Below are positions 26,489-37,729 of a stretch of DNA of 64,000 bases, piece after piece. Source of the stretch: Phaeosaccion multiseriatum (Eukaryota > Protista > Ochrophyta, other classes); NCBI GenBank assembly GCA_965112735.1, contig OZ218965.1, positions 310,001 to 374,000 on the forward strand, in the 5' to 3' direction. Within the stretch, counting starts at the first letter, position 1; each line of letters starts with the position of its first letter. Both the position numbers and the translations under genes were made by a program. The notes under the pieces are model-generated. The model worked only from the letters and a program-made list of their open reading frames with translations. It ran no database searches and was not told where the DNA came from.

Positions 26489-28640
26489 ATGATGATGGTG
26501 CCGGTAACCGTCGTGCTACTTGCACTCAGCACGGCCGCCACCACGCAGGCCTTCACTACTGGCCCAGCCCACGTGGCGCATGCGGTTTGCAGGAGCTCTC
26601 GCAGCTCTTCTCGCGGCGGCAGTAGTTGGAGCAGAGGAAGGGGGATGATGCGGGGTAGGTCTTCGGGGTGGTGCAGCGGCAGCAGCAGCCAAAGCGGCAA
26701 GCGAAGGATAGATATGGTGCGCCGGCTGGGCCCGGAGGAAGGGCCTGCTGTGAGGTCCGACGTGCGCGCCGACAGTAGTAGCAGTAGCAGTAGTGTGTGG
26801 CTGGGTGAGGAGGGGAGTGGAGTCGCCAACCAGCTGCAGCTGCAGCAGCAGCAGCAGCCGCGTTGGCGTATGCCTGCTAGACTGGGCCGGGCCATGACTG
26901 TGGCTTCTCTCGGAGCTGCGCTGCTGTACGGCCTGCCCCAAGTGGCCATGGCAGCGGCGGCAGGCTCCTCTGTGGCAGCGAGCTCGGGTGGGGCCGGCCT
27001 CTCTGGGGTCATGACCTCTTTGGCGGGGTTCTTCGGCATGGATGGGCCGGCCCTGTCGGAGGCGTTCACCAACAGCGGCTTCTTTCAGGCCTTCTCCCTC
27101 GTCTTCGTGAGTGAGATCGGCGACAAGGCGAGTACAGCACCCTGTGTGCGGGCCGCGGGCCCTGATGGATGGGGCTGGATGGAGTTGCTGCAGTGCCGTT
27201 TCTGTTGTCATCTGCCTCCTTCCTGTCTACTTTGCTCTAGACATCCGTTGCCGAGCCTCCGATCTCATCCTTTTCTCTTGTTGCATCGTTGTATGCACGG
27301 ATCTCTCTCCACGTGCCTCCCCCTGCCACCCCCTCTCCCCTCTCTCTTTTCTCCCTTTCCCACCCCCTCTCCCACCCCCTCTCCTCTCCCTCTATTTTCT
27401 CCCTCTCCCTCTCCCACCCCCTCTCCTCTCTCTCTCTTTTCTCCCTCTCCCCCCCTCTCTACCTGCTTCCCTCCCTCCCGGGCCTCCCCCCTCCCCCAGA
27501 CCTTCTTCATCGCCGGCCTCCTCGCCGCCAAGACATCGCGCTTCATCTCCTTCGTGGGTGCCGTGGGTGCCCTTGCGGTGATGAGCATCCTCGCGGTGCT
27601 CATCGGTCTCGCCTTCCACTCCGTTCCCTCCCAGTTCACGAGCGGCCTTCCCCTTGATGACATTGTGGCGGTACTCGCCTTTTTGTACTTTGGAATCAAC
27701 ACTCTCAAAGACGCCTACAACCTTCCCGAGGGGGACGACAGCGGTATTGAGGAGGAGCTGGAGGGAGCGGAGGAGGAGGTCGAGAAGCTCACCGCCACTT
27801 CCAAGGGGGGAAAGACACTTGCACTCATGCTGCAGGTACGGGGGGGGGGGGGGAGGGAGAGGGACTGGGGGGGGGCGGTGTCCACCGTCACTGTGCTGCT
27901 TGTGGGGGGGGGGGAGGGTCGCCGAAAGTCCCATGCTAACTCGCGTATATATATGTGTGTATATACATATTTATTTTATATATATATACATACGCCTAAC
28001 ATACATGTGTCTCTCTCTCCCTCTCTCTCCCTCGTTCTCCATCTCTCTCTCTGTGTGTCTCTCTCTGTCACCCTCTCTCTCCCTCTCTCTCTCTGTATGT
28101 GTGTGTGTCTCTGTCGCCTCGATGAAGGTGTTCGGCCTCGTATTCGCAGCGGAGTTCGGTGACCGCTCTTTCCTCACCACCATCGCCCTCGGAGCAGCAC
28201 AGGACCCCGTAGCTGTGGCTGGAGGGGCCATTGCGGCACACGCGTCAGCCACCGGTGGGTGATGGGGGCGGTGCTGGCAGAGGCAGAGAGGGGCTCCGAG
28301 TAGCGATTCTCTTCGGCTCTCTCGGTCCTTCTCTTTCTCTTCCTCCCTCTCTCTCTATCCCTCTCTGTCGCGTCACTCACTCCCTCCCTCTCCCCCTCTC
28401 TTATGTCTCTCTCTATGTCTCTCTCTTCCTCTCCCTCTCCCCCCTCGTTACCCCTGATCCCTGCGCTGCTGCTGCCCTGCTGTTGTACTGGTGCTGCCCT
28501 GCTGTTGTACTGGTGCTGCAGGCATCGCCGTGGCGGGAGGTGCGCTCATCTCTCAGTACATCTCTGAAAAGATTCTCGGGTACATTAGCGGAACTCTCTT
28601 CGTTGTCTTCGCTGCCACCACGGCCCTGGGCATATTCTGA
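26489..28640 (+). CDS. GDT1/UPF0016 (TMEM165/PAM71-like) Mn2+/Ca2+ transporter, probably plastid-targeted
   Basis: Two family motifs, EIGDK|TF and EFGDRSF. Exons 26489-27127, 27500-27835, 28128-28254 and 28522-28640. Signal peptide ends …TTQA-F and is followed by a Ser/Arg-rich transit-like stretch. Confidence 0.9.
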
Positions 28641-29169
28641 GGAGAGCCTCCGGCATCAAGTCTTCAGCGTCTGGGGTAGTGAGCGGAGGGGGAGAGAGGA
28701 GAGGGGGGGGGGGCGAAGGGCGTCTCTCTCTCCCTCTCTTGTATACATGGATAGATAGATGAGTTGGTGCTCTGGGCCCGTCTGACCGTCGCGAAGCCGG
28801 CCCTGTGAGGCGAGGCGTGTCCGCTTCACTCAGGTCGGGCTCGAGCCCATTCCTTCCTTCGAGGGACTCGAGTGATAGAGAGAGAGAGGGATGTATTTTG
28901 TCTTCTCTCCGTCTCTCTCACAGAGGAGGGGGGTTTCCTTCAAGGGGGGCTGCCGGCCTTTCGCCGGAGCACACACACACACACGGAGGCTTGCGCTTGT
29001 TTGCCTTTGTGCACGGCCAGGGTACACACGGACGGACGGCCTTCGCTGAACCGAACTGCAATGAACCCAAGTGCTTGACATGTACTTGACAGGTGCTTGG
29101 GCATAGAAGAGAAGAAAAGTATGAATAGACGGGCCACCTACCTTTCCTGCCCACTTGGTGCCAGGTGCA

Positions 29170-29283
29170 GGGTACAAAGGCTATTTCATTTTAGAACATG
29201 ATACTTTCTCTCAATTGTATGTCTTCTAAGGTACAAAAGGCTGTTTCATTTTAGAACATGATACTTTTTTTTTCATTGTATGC
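29170..29283. repeat. AT-rich direct duplication of about 55-60 bp
   Basis: GGTACAAA(A)GGCT(A/G)TTTCATTTTAGAACATGATACTTT…ATTGTATG occurs twice. Confidence 0.8.
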
Positions 29284-29405
29284 TTTCCTTCGGCGTGGTA
29301 CGATGGTCCAGGTCCCCGCCCGGCCTTCAGTACGTAACGTTCGTGCCTGTTGACTAACTGCGCACCAGAATGGAGCGAGAGTGGCAAGAGGTGCTGGGGA
29401 GCCAA

Positions 29406-29464
29406 TAGCTTAGCTTAGCTTAGTTTAGCTTAGCTTAGTTTAGCTTAGCTTAGCTTAGCTTAGC
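29406..29464. repeat. (TTAGC)n pentamer repeat
   Basis: Direct reading of the sequence. Confidence 0.9.
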
Positions 29465-30318
29465 AGAGAGCTTTACGTCTGCTTATGCTTAGATTCTCTC
29501 CTCCCGGCGAGTCTTGATGTGTAATCTTGCCCCCGTCAGTCCCCAAGGCCGTCTGCGTCTGCTGCCGTCTGCTGCCATCTGCTATGGTACTCAGTTTCAG
29601 TTGTCGGACCATGAAAGACAACACAGCACACAGCACACCTGCCAGCCACACGATAGCGATGGCAGCTTGCGGCCACACCCCCGGGGGTCGTGGTCAAGTG
29701 GGCGGGACGGGGAAGGGCACACACAGGCATACAGGCACCGGAGCAGCACCGCCTGTCCATCCGCTGAAGGGCCTTGGGGGCAGCGCTCGGCCGCTATCGT
29801 CTCCCGTCTGGTGCCATCTGCTACTATCATCTGTCTGCTGTCGCGTCTCAGTCGTCCACCCACAGCCCTCTCTGCCCTCTCTCCTTCTCTCCGACTGCAG
29901 GCATATGGGTTTGCAGGCACGCAGATCACAGGCGATGCTCCCTCTGCAGTAACGCTTCCCTCTGGGGCTGGCTTCAAGGGCCAAAAAGGCGAAGGCGATT
30001 GATACCCTCCCTGTCTGAAGGGCCCCAAAAGGGGTCCCTCCCTTGATCTGACTGATGCGATGATGGACAGCTCCACCACTGGCACTGCCGAGCGCCTGGC
30101 AAGAGTTTGAGTTTGGCCTGGGTGCACGCCACACCACTGCACAGCGCAGCAGCGCACAAGGCTATGGAGCAGGGCACTGGGGGGACAAGGGAGAGGGTCG
30201 GCTCGGAGTAAGGCTCCGAGGGAAGCTCGGACAGAAGAGAGAAAGCGCCCTTCTCGCTCGCAGACAGGCGCACACGACAAGAGAGAACAAGAAGAAGGAC
30301 AGGACAGGGACACCATGC

Positions 30319-31265
30319 TCAGAAGAACGGGTTCTTCCGCGCTGCTTTTCGGTGGCCGGGCGACCAGTCGCTGTGCTTCCCCTTCTTCTTCTTGCGCTTC
30401 TTCTTCTTTTCCTCCTCGTCCTCGCCTTCGCTCCCTCCTCTCTCCCCGTCTTTACTCTTGGCCTTCCTCTTCTTCTTCCTCTCCTCCACCGCTGCTCTGG
30501 CCACTGCGGCCCTGTCCCTGAGTCTCTTGGCCTTCTTCTTAATGATGTAATCCGTAACCGACAGTCGAGCCGCCCTAATGGCCACAAGCAGCGCTAGGGC
30601 CGACCACAGCCCCCTCCTCGTCACCAGCATGAAGACGGAGGTGAGAAACAGCACCTGTTCCTTGGTCAGCACCTCTCCCCCTGCCCAAGCGGCCACCCCC
30701 TCTGCGCCCCCCACGAGGCCTTTTAGGCCAGAGCTCGCGGTGCCCTACAGAGACGACAACAGGACAAGATGAGAAGATAAAGGATGATGAATGAGACGGT
30801 TCGCTGGGCGGGGATGGGGCTTTGGGGATGGCAGCCGATGGGAGTCGATAGGGGGCGTCACTCCGCCGCAGGCAGTAGTGGGAGGACAGGAGAGAAAAGG
30901 ACAAGGCGTTTCAGAAGAGCCCCGGATCGCAGTGCAGGCAAGTGCAGCACGCAAAAGCTCCCTCCCTCCCTCCCTCCTTCCCCCCCACAGGACAGCGACT
31001 AGGGCCATGATCCCCATCCACTGCCATCGCCCATCCACTGCCACCCCCCTCCACAGCACCTGCAGGGCCGAGACACTCGCGTTAGAGGCGGTGTGGTGCA
31101 TGGCGCCCGCCACACGCCGAGAAGACTGCGGGAGGGGGGGATGGCAGTGGATGGGGGGTGGCAGTGGATGGCCGTCAGATCTCGCGCCGACGGGTCAAAG
31201 GTGACGGTGGGACTGCATGGCTGTCTGCCCCCCGCCCGAGAAAGAGAAAGAGAGAGAAAGAGAGG

Positions 31266-31333
<68 letters not shown>

Positions 31334-34087
31334 GGGAGGGAGAGAGAGAGAGCAAGACAGACGCTGAAACAGACAGGCAGGCACGCAGGCAGGCAGACAG
31401 CAGAGGCATACGAGGCTTCGTTTGGGGCTACTTACATCACTGAGTGTCTCTCCGAAGACGGGGAAGGTCTGCGAAACGGCCATCCCGAGCCCCCTCAGTA
31501 GCCCTACGGCAAGCGTCGCCCCCACCCCCACGGCCTTCCCCCCCAGGGCGTCCAGAGAGAGGCTTCCGAGTCTGCCTTCGTCCACATAGTCAATGGCCTC
31601 CTCCTCCTCTCCCTCCCCGTCCTCCCATCTACTGCCATCTTCTCCTTCGTCGGAGTCGTACACGTTGTTGAGGTCCGCGTCATCGCCTAGGTCAAGGCCC
31701 GCGCCCCCCCCTCCATCCACTTCCATATTCCCCTCGCCTCCCCTCTGCCCATCCACTGCCATCCCCTTGCGCCCCAGCGAAGTCTCCACGGCCACAGCGT
31801 CTGCCAAGAGTCTGGTGAGCAGGGCGTAGTCCCGAGTGGGGCGATAGGACACACCTCTGTAGTAAAGCTCGTCTTCCACGTCTTCAAAGGTGAGTCTCTG
31901 AGCCCACTTGAGGGCGGCGCTGAAGCTCTGGAAAGAGGGGCTCACCTCGGCCAGCCCCTGGGGTGGAAGCACACAGGGCATGCAGGTGTGCAGGCGTACA
32001 GCCATACAGGCATACAGGCATACAGGCATACAGGCATACACGCATACAGGCATACAGGGCATGCAGATGAGCAGGTGTATAGACACAAAGGCACACAGAC
32101 AGGCAGTGCGCGGGCGTGCGTGCGTGCGTGCGTGCGTGCGTGGGGGTAAGGGATGCGAGGATCATTGGCACTCAGTGAGTGTCGATCATTCAGTGTCAGT
32201 CCGGGAGTAGTAAGTCAATGAGTAGCAAGCGGTCAGCGCGAGATGGCCCTCATCATGTCTCGCGTTTTCCATAACAGTCCGACTACTCCGCCCAGTCCCC
32301 TCCCCATCGGCTGCCATCCTTCCCTCCCCATCCGCTGCCATCTCCTGGCCTACCTGTTGCTCTGCCCACTCCACCCAGCCGTCCGCTTGCGCTACATCCC
32401 CCGGTTGCCCATATGCCTCCTGCTGTTGTCTATACGACTGCTGCTGGCCGCGGCCACCCCCATCCTTGGCAACGTGCACAATGCCGCCTTCTCCTGGCGC
32501 GACCTCTCCCAGCCGCCCCGCTTCTGCCTGCTGCAGCGCCCATGAGTCGAGGAATTGCCTCTCCAGCACCTTAAGGCACATACATCGGCACAGGAGTTGG
32601 TGATACAGATAGCGCAGCACCAGAAGGGGCAAGGAGAGGGTAGGCGAGGGGTGAGAGGAGGGGAGCCATCAGCACATGTATTGGTTCCTGCATGGGAGGA
32701 GGGGGGGGGGCTAATTCATCCTCCTAGAGAGGTGTGGAGGAAAGGAGGAGGAGGAGGAGGAGGAGGAGGAGGAGGAGGAGGAGGAGGAGGAGGACGAGGA
32801 GGAGTAGGAGGACGACGAGGAGGAGTAGGAGGACGACGACGAGGAGGAGGAGGAGGAGGAGGAGGAGGAGGAGGAGGACGAGGAGGAGGAGGAGGAGGAG
32901 GAGGACGAGGAGGAGGAGGAGGAGGAGGACGAGGACGAGGAGGAGGAGGACGAGGAGGAGGAGGAGGAGGAGGAGGAGGAGGAGGAGGAGGAGGAGGAGG
33001 AGGAGGAGGAGGACGAGGAGAGCGAGGAGGAGGAGGAGGACGAGGAGGACGAGGAGGAGGAGGAGGAGGACGAGGAGGACGAGGAGGAGGACGAGGAGGA
33101 GGGAAGAGGAGGAGAAGAAAGAGAAGAACACGCCCGGTGCACTGCCACTGTCCACTGAGCACTACCTACTGCCCACTGCCCATTGCTGTATGACCAACTG
33201 CTGCAGTGCCCACTGACCTCTCTGCGGGCAAGGAGGTCATAAGCCTCCCCGGCCTCGTCCAGCTTGCCCATCAGTTGTATGGTGGACCAGTCCTCCGGCC
33301 GGAGCCTCTCTCTTGCCAGCCGCCGTCCCTCCCGCCGGGCGCTGTGCAGCTGCCTGGCCAGCACCTCTTTGTCGGACAGGTGCGAGAAGGGGATGCTGCG
33401 GAGGCTGAGCTCATCCATGACAGCCCGTGAGTCCATCGCCAGCTCCACGCTAATGTCGTCTTCGTCACCAGTACCGCTAGTACTGCCAGTGGTGGTGGTG
33501 GTAGAGGCTGTGGAGGAGGGCTCTGCACTGCTGGGGGCGCCGTACTTGTGTGCGAGAGCAAGGCGCCTGGCAAGGTCCACCTTCTCCAGTGCGTCTCGGT
33601 GGTACACACCCAGCGCCTGCAGGGCCAGCTTGATGTCGATGGTGGGCATGCGCATCACCACTGCAAGCTCGTCGGCATTCACCTCTCCCTGCTGCTCCAC
33701 GTAGCCGCTCGCTGACGGCTGGGGCTGCTCCTCTGCGTTGAGGGCTGTGGGAGAGCGGGCCAGGCGGCCGCGACTACAACGTCTTCTTCCCATCAGCTGC
33801 AGCAGCGACCTGAAGTCCGGCCTCTTGGACTTGGGCTGTCCACCCCATCCCTCATGTGCTGCTGCCGCTGCTACTCCTGCTGCTGCTGTTGACGGGCCTG
33901 GTGGTTGTAAACCCAATTGCCAAGTGCTGCTCCTACTGCACCCTTTCTGCTGCTGCTGTCCGCGCCACTTGGAGCTGACGCTGCTGCTGCCGCTTGCTAC
34001 GAAAGAAAACGCGGAGCTTCGAGGGGCGAGGAGGAGAAGGACGATCTGCAGCAGCAGCAGAGGCTGCAGCAGAACCTCCTGTGGCAT
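30319..34087 (-). CDS. Probable plastid-targeted membrane protein of unknown function (5 exons)
   Basis: Signal peptide MPQEVLLQPLLLLQIVLLLLAPRSSA-F plus a transit-like region. Short repeated helical motifs (IKLALQALGV, VMDELSLRSIPF, VEDELYYRGVSY), C-terminal TM segments and a Lys-rich tail. Exons of about 34087-33216, 32570-32353, 31957-31434, 31126-31060 and 30745-30319 join in frame. Confidence 0.6.
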
Positions 34088-34767
34088 GAGGAGAGAGAGG
34101 GGAGAGGAGCCTTTGCCCTTTTCTCCCTTCTTTGCTGAATTAAGACGCACAACTTGATACGCTGCGAGGGTCAAGGCGGGTAAGCATCATTACCCCGGCA
34201 GGACAAGGGGAAGAGAGCGCGTAGCTAAAGAAGGCGCAGAAAGGAGGACTTAAGCTCCGACAGTTGGCGACGATTCAGATTCGACACCAGGTAGCACGCT
34301 TCCCGTGGACACGTGTCCACGTTAGTTTCACGTTACATTTTTGTAATAACACATGGCAAAACGAGCCTCACGCCTCCGCCCATCAGCAGGACTTGGTGCT
34401 GCTGCTTGCCTGAGGAGCTGAGGAGACCAAGTCTTAAGCTCCTCGTACCTCCTGACTGCCTCACTGCTGTCCCGCAGAGACCCAAGTCTTCAGTCTTTCG
34501 ACTCGGTGAAAGCCTTAGCGGGGCAGGACAGTGGTCAATCCAATCCTGATTCGAGTCACCACGAAGAGCCCTCGCGCAATGCACGAAAGCGAACAACGCC
34601 ACCTTCCAACGCGCGCCTGTCCCCCCCTCCCCCTCCTCCTGAGGCAAGCAAGGCAGAAGCGAGTCCTGACTGACGTTGGTCCCAGCGCTCTTCCCAAATA
34701 CTTACAAGGTTGCCGTTTCGCCCTCCGACTCCGCCTACCTGCTCTCTCTCCCGAGCGACTCGGACTG

Positions 34768-36469
34768 TCAGGACTGAGAGCACTTGGACAAGGTTTTGGG
34801 CCCCTCCGCTGCCTCTGTCCCCGCTGCTTTAGTCCCACCTGTTTCGCTGCTCTGTGGTGCCACCCCCTCGCCCCCCCCTTTCGCCTGACCTTTCGATGCC
34901 TCTTTGCTCTCTGCTCCTCCTTCCGCGGACTCAGCCATACCACGAACGGCGCCGTCCGCAGTACCAGACGCGACGAGGGCAGGAGCAGCAGCAGCGGCGG
35001 GACTTCCATCGGTGGGATCAGATCCCTTGAGCGGAGCCGTCGGAGCTGCATCACTGCCCCCTCGCGCTCCCTCCTGCACATTTATCTCCCCTCCGCCGCC
35101 TCGCTCACTTGGCTCCTGTATCACCAATTGCTGCTGCTTCTGCTGCTGCTGCTGCTGCCCTGCTTCATCACGCGGTGCGGAATGGGCTTCGATCGCCCCG
35201 CCTTGCTCCTCAATAGGACGCTCGCCTTCCCTGCCCCTGTGCCGGTGCCCCATCCTAGACATCTGCAGCTGCTCCGCCTCAAGTTTTGCCCGCCACACTA
35301 CTCCTTCGAGGGGAGCCGCCCCGTTGGTGGTGGGAGGGGCGGCAGCTACTTCGGAAACCATGTGAGTTCTACCTCCCCCCGGCCCCGGAGGCTGCAAGTC
35401 CGTTCTGTGCTTCGTTAGCGCTTCCACAGGGAGTTCTCTCGCGCACTTCCTTACAGCTTCCACAGGGAGTTCTCTCGCGCTCTTCCTTAGCGCTTCCACA
35501 GGGAGTTCTCTCGCGCTCTTCCTTACAGCTTCCACAGGGAGTTCTCTCGCGCTCTTCCTTACAGCTTCCACAGGGACTTCTCTCGCGCTCTTCCTTAGCG
35601 CTTCCACAGGGAGTTCTCTCGCGCTCCTCCTTAGCGCTTCCACAGGGACTTCTCTCGCGCTCCTCCTTAGCGCTTCCACAGGGAGTTCTCTCGCACAAGA
35701 GAAGCTGCCCGACGACCCATCCGGCTGCAGCTGCAGCTGCAGCTGCTGCTGCTGATGCCGCGGCCGGTGCAAGCCATCCGCAGCCCGGGCCTGTGCCTGA
35801 GAATGGAGCAGAGCATACGCGGTATCTGAGGCCCGGTACCAGTCGTCATCCTCCTCGCGTGTTTGCTTGGGCCTGGGCCTTTTGTTGGACGCACGCACAA
35901 ACGTCCCGTCCGTCCGTGCGCACGACATTCGCTGTACGGCCCACCCCGTCATGTATCCCCCCGCCTTTCCTCCTTCCGTGGGGCTACCGCTACCGGTACT
36001 GTCTCCATCTCCCAGCTCCAGGAGGAGCCCGGACGTCCTCGCGCAACCCCCGGGGACGATGGAGAAGCGTTTCCTGTAGGACTTCCTTGGTGGTAAGCGC
36101 TGCTGCTGCTGCTGCTGCTGCTGCTGCAGCTGGTAGTGGTGGTGGACCTGCTGCTCATGCCGGTGGTGCTGCTGCTGCTGTTGGTGGTGGTAGTGCTGGT
36201 GCTGGTGCTGGTACTGGTGGTGCTGCTGATACTGGTAAGCATGGTCCCTCCTTTCATGGTACGCATGCTCCCTCCTTTCATGGTAAGGATGCTCCCTCCT
36301 TCCAGCACTTGCACTTGTACCGGCACTTGCACTTGGAGGGCCGGCGCCACGTCCCGTGGAGAAGCGTGAGTGCCGCTTACAGGCCTGGAAGTGCTCTCGC
36401 GCATTCCTCAGTAGTGTGTCCTCCTCGTTACAAGAGGCGATGAGATTCAAAGCTTCTGCCCTATCGGCC
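34768..36469 (-). CDS. Large exon of an unknown protein with His/Gln tract and 12-aa tandem repeats; 5' exons unresolved (about 36815-37160)
   Basis: Open frame after the CAG acceptor at about 36470: ADRAEALNLIASCNEE…, then ARE(L/V)PVEA(L/V)R(K/R)S x8. Confidence 0.5.
35405..35695 (-). repeat. Coding 36-bp minisatellite, about 8 copies
   Basis: Unit of about GCGCTTCCACAGGGAGTTCTCTCGCGCTCTTCCTTA on the + strand. Confidence 0.9.
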
Positions 36470-37354
36470 CTGAGAGAGAGAGAAGAGAAAGAGAAAGAGA
36501 GAGGAGAGAGAGAGAGAGAAGAGAGAGAAGGGAGAGAGAAGACAAAGAGAGAAAATAGCGAGAGAGAGAGAAAGAGGGAGAAGCGAGAGAGCGCGAGCGA
36601 AAAGGAGAAAAAAGAGAAAAATAAGGAGCGAAAGAGAGAGAGAGAGAAAGAGGGAGGGAGGGAGAGAGCGAAAGAGAAATATAGAGAAAGAGACAGAGGG
36701 AGGAAGAGAGCGAGAGCGGACGGAGAGAGAACGAGCGAGAAAGAGAGCGAGAACGGGAGAGAGAGAAAGGGAGAGAAAGAGAGAGAGGCAGCGGGTAATC
36801 TGTACACACACACTCACGGGCGGAAGGCTCTCCGGCGCACCACCCCCCCCTGGAGAGTCGTAAGGGCGGCCTCGTAGGCGGCCTCCACCAGCGACGCCCA
36901 CAGGCTGCAGGGAGGCGGTAGGGCAAGGGGGGGAGGCAAGGTTTCGCGGGGCGGTGAGGCTGGGCCTTCTTCTCGCGCACAGGACTTGTTCTATAGGCAA
37001 CCAACTCGCTCGCTACTTACGCTGTGTTGAGGGGAGTCAAACCGTCAGACTGGGGCTCACTCGCGGGTAGTAGAGGAGCCGCCGCCGAGGGGGGGGCAGC
37101 CATCTCCGTGCCGCCTCCCTCCTCCCCAAAGGAAGAAGCATTCGCCCTCGCCATTGCCCTTCAAGGCATCCTTACGTCAAGCACTCTGCAGCAGAGCATC
37201 ACTTTCTTCTACACGGGGTCTTCTGTCATTCTAGGACCTCCCTCCTCTCCCCTCTCACTTTCTGTCGCTCCCTCGCGCGCTCTCTCTCCTTTACGTGTGT
37301 TCCTGTATTCTATCTGTCTGCCTCTCTCTCTCCCTCTCTCTCTCTCTCCCTCTC

Positions 37355-37412
<58 letters not shown>

Positions 37413-37729
37413 GTCTCGCTTTCGCTCTCCCTCCACCTCTACCTCTCTTGAAGAACACGCCCAACTATGTCCTCTGGAGCTGCAGCTGCTACGGCTTGTT
37501 CTTTGGTTGTTTTTATTTACTTCCGAAGCTCTCCCGCTCGGTAGCCGAACATCGATCTAGAATTCATGTTCATTTGAGGGCGTACGGGCATTTCCCCGGG
37601 GGAATCTACACGCGGCAGGGAATCTCTCCCCACCCGTCCATTACTGACCTCTCCACAGAACACACGACACCTTGACAGAGAGCAGCGGGAAAGCGTAGTA
37701 CAAAGTAGCAGGAGCAGCGGAGCATAAGG

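Noticed and set aside
29406-29464. Interstitial telomere: (TTAGC)n, also (CCCTA)n at about 49745-49820
   Set aside because: Neither matches TTAGGG or TTTAGGG; treated as ordinary microsatellites.
29460-30316. Possible small membrane-protein gene (MWPQAAIAIVWLAGVLCAVLSF…)
   Set aside because: No recognisable motif or consistent exon chain could be built.
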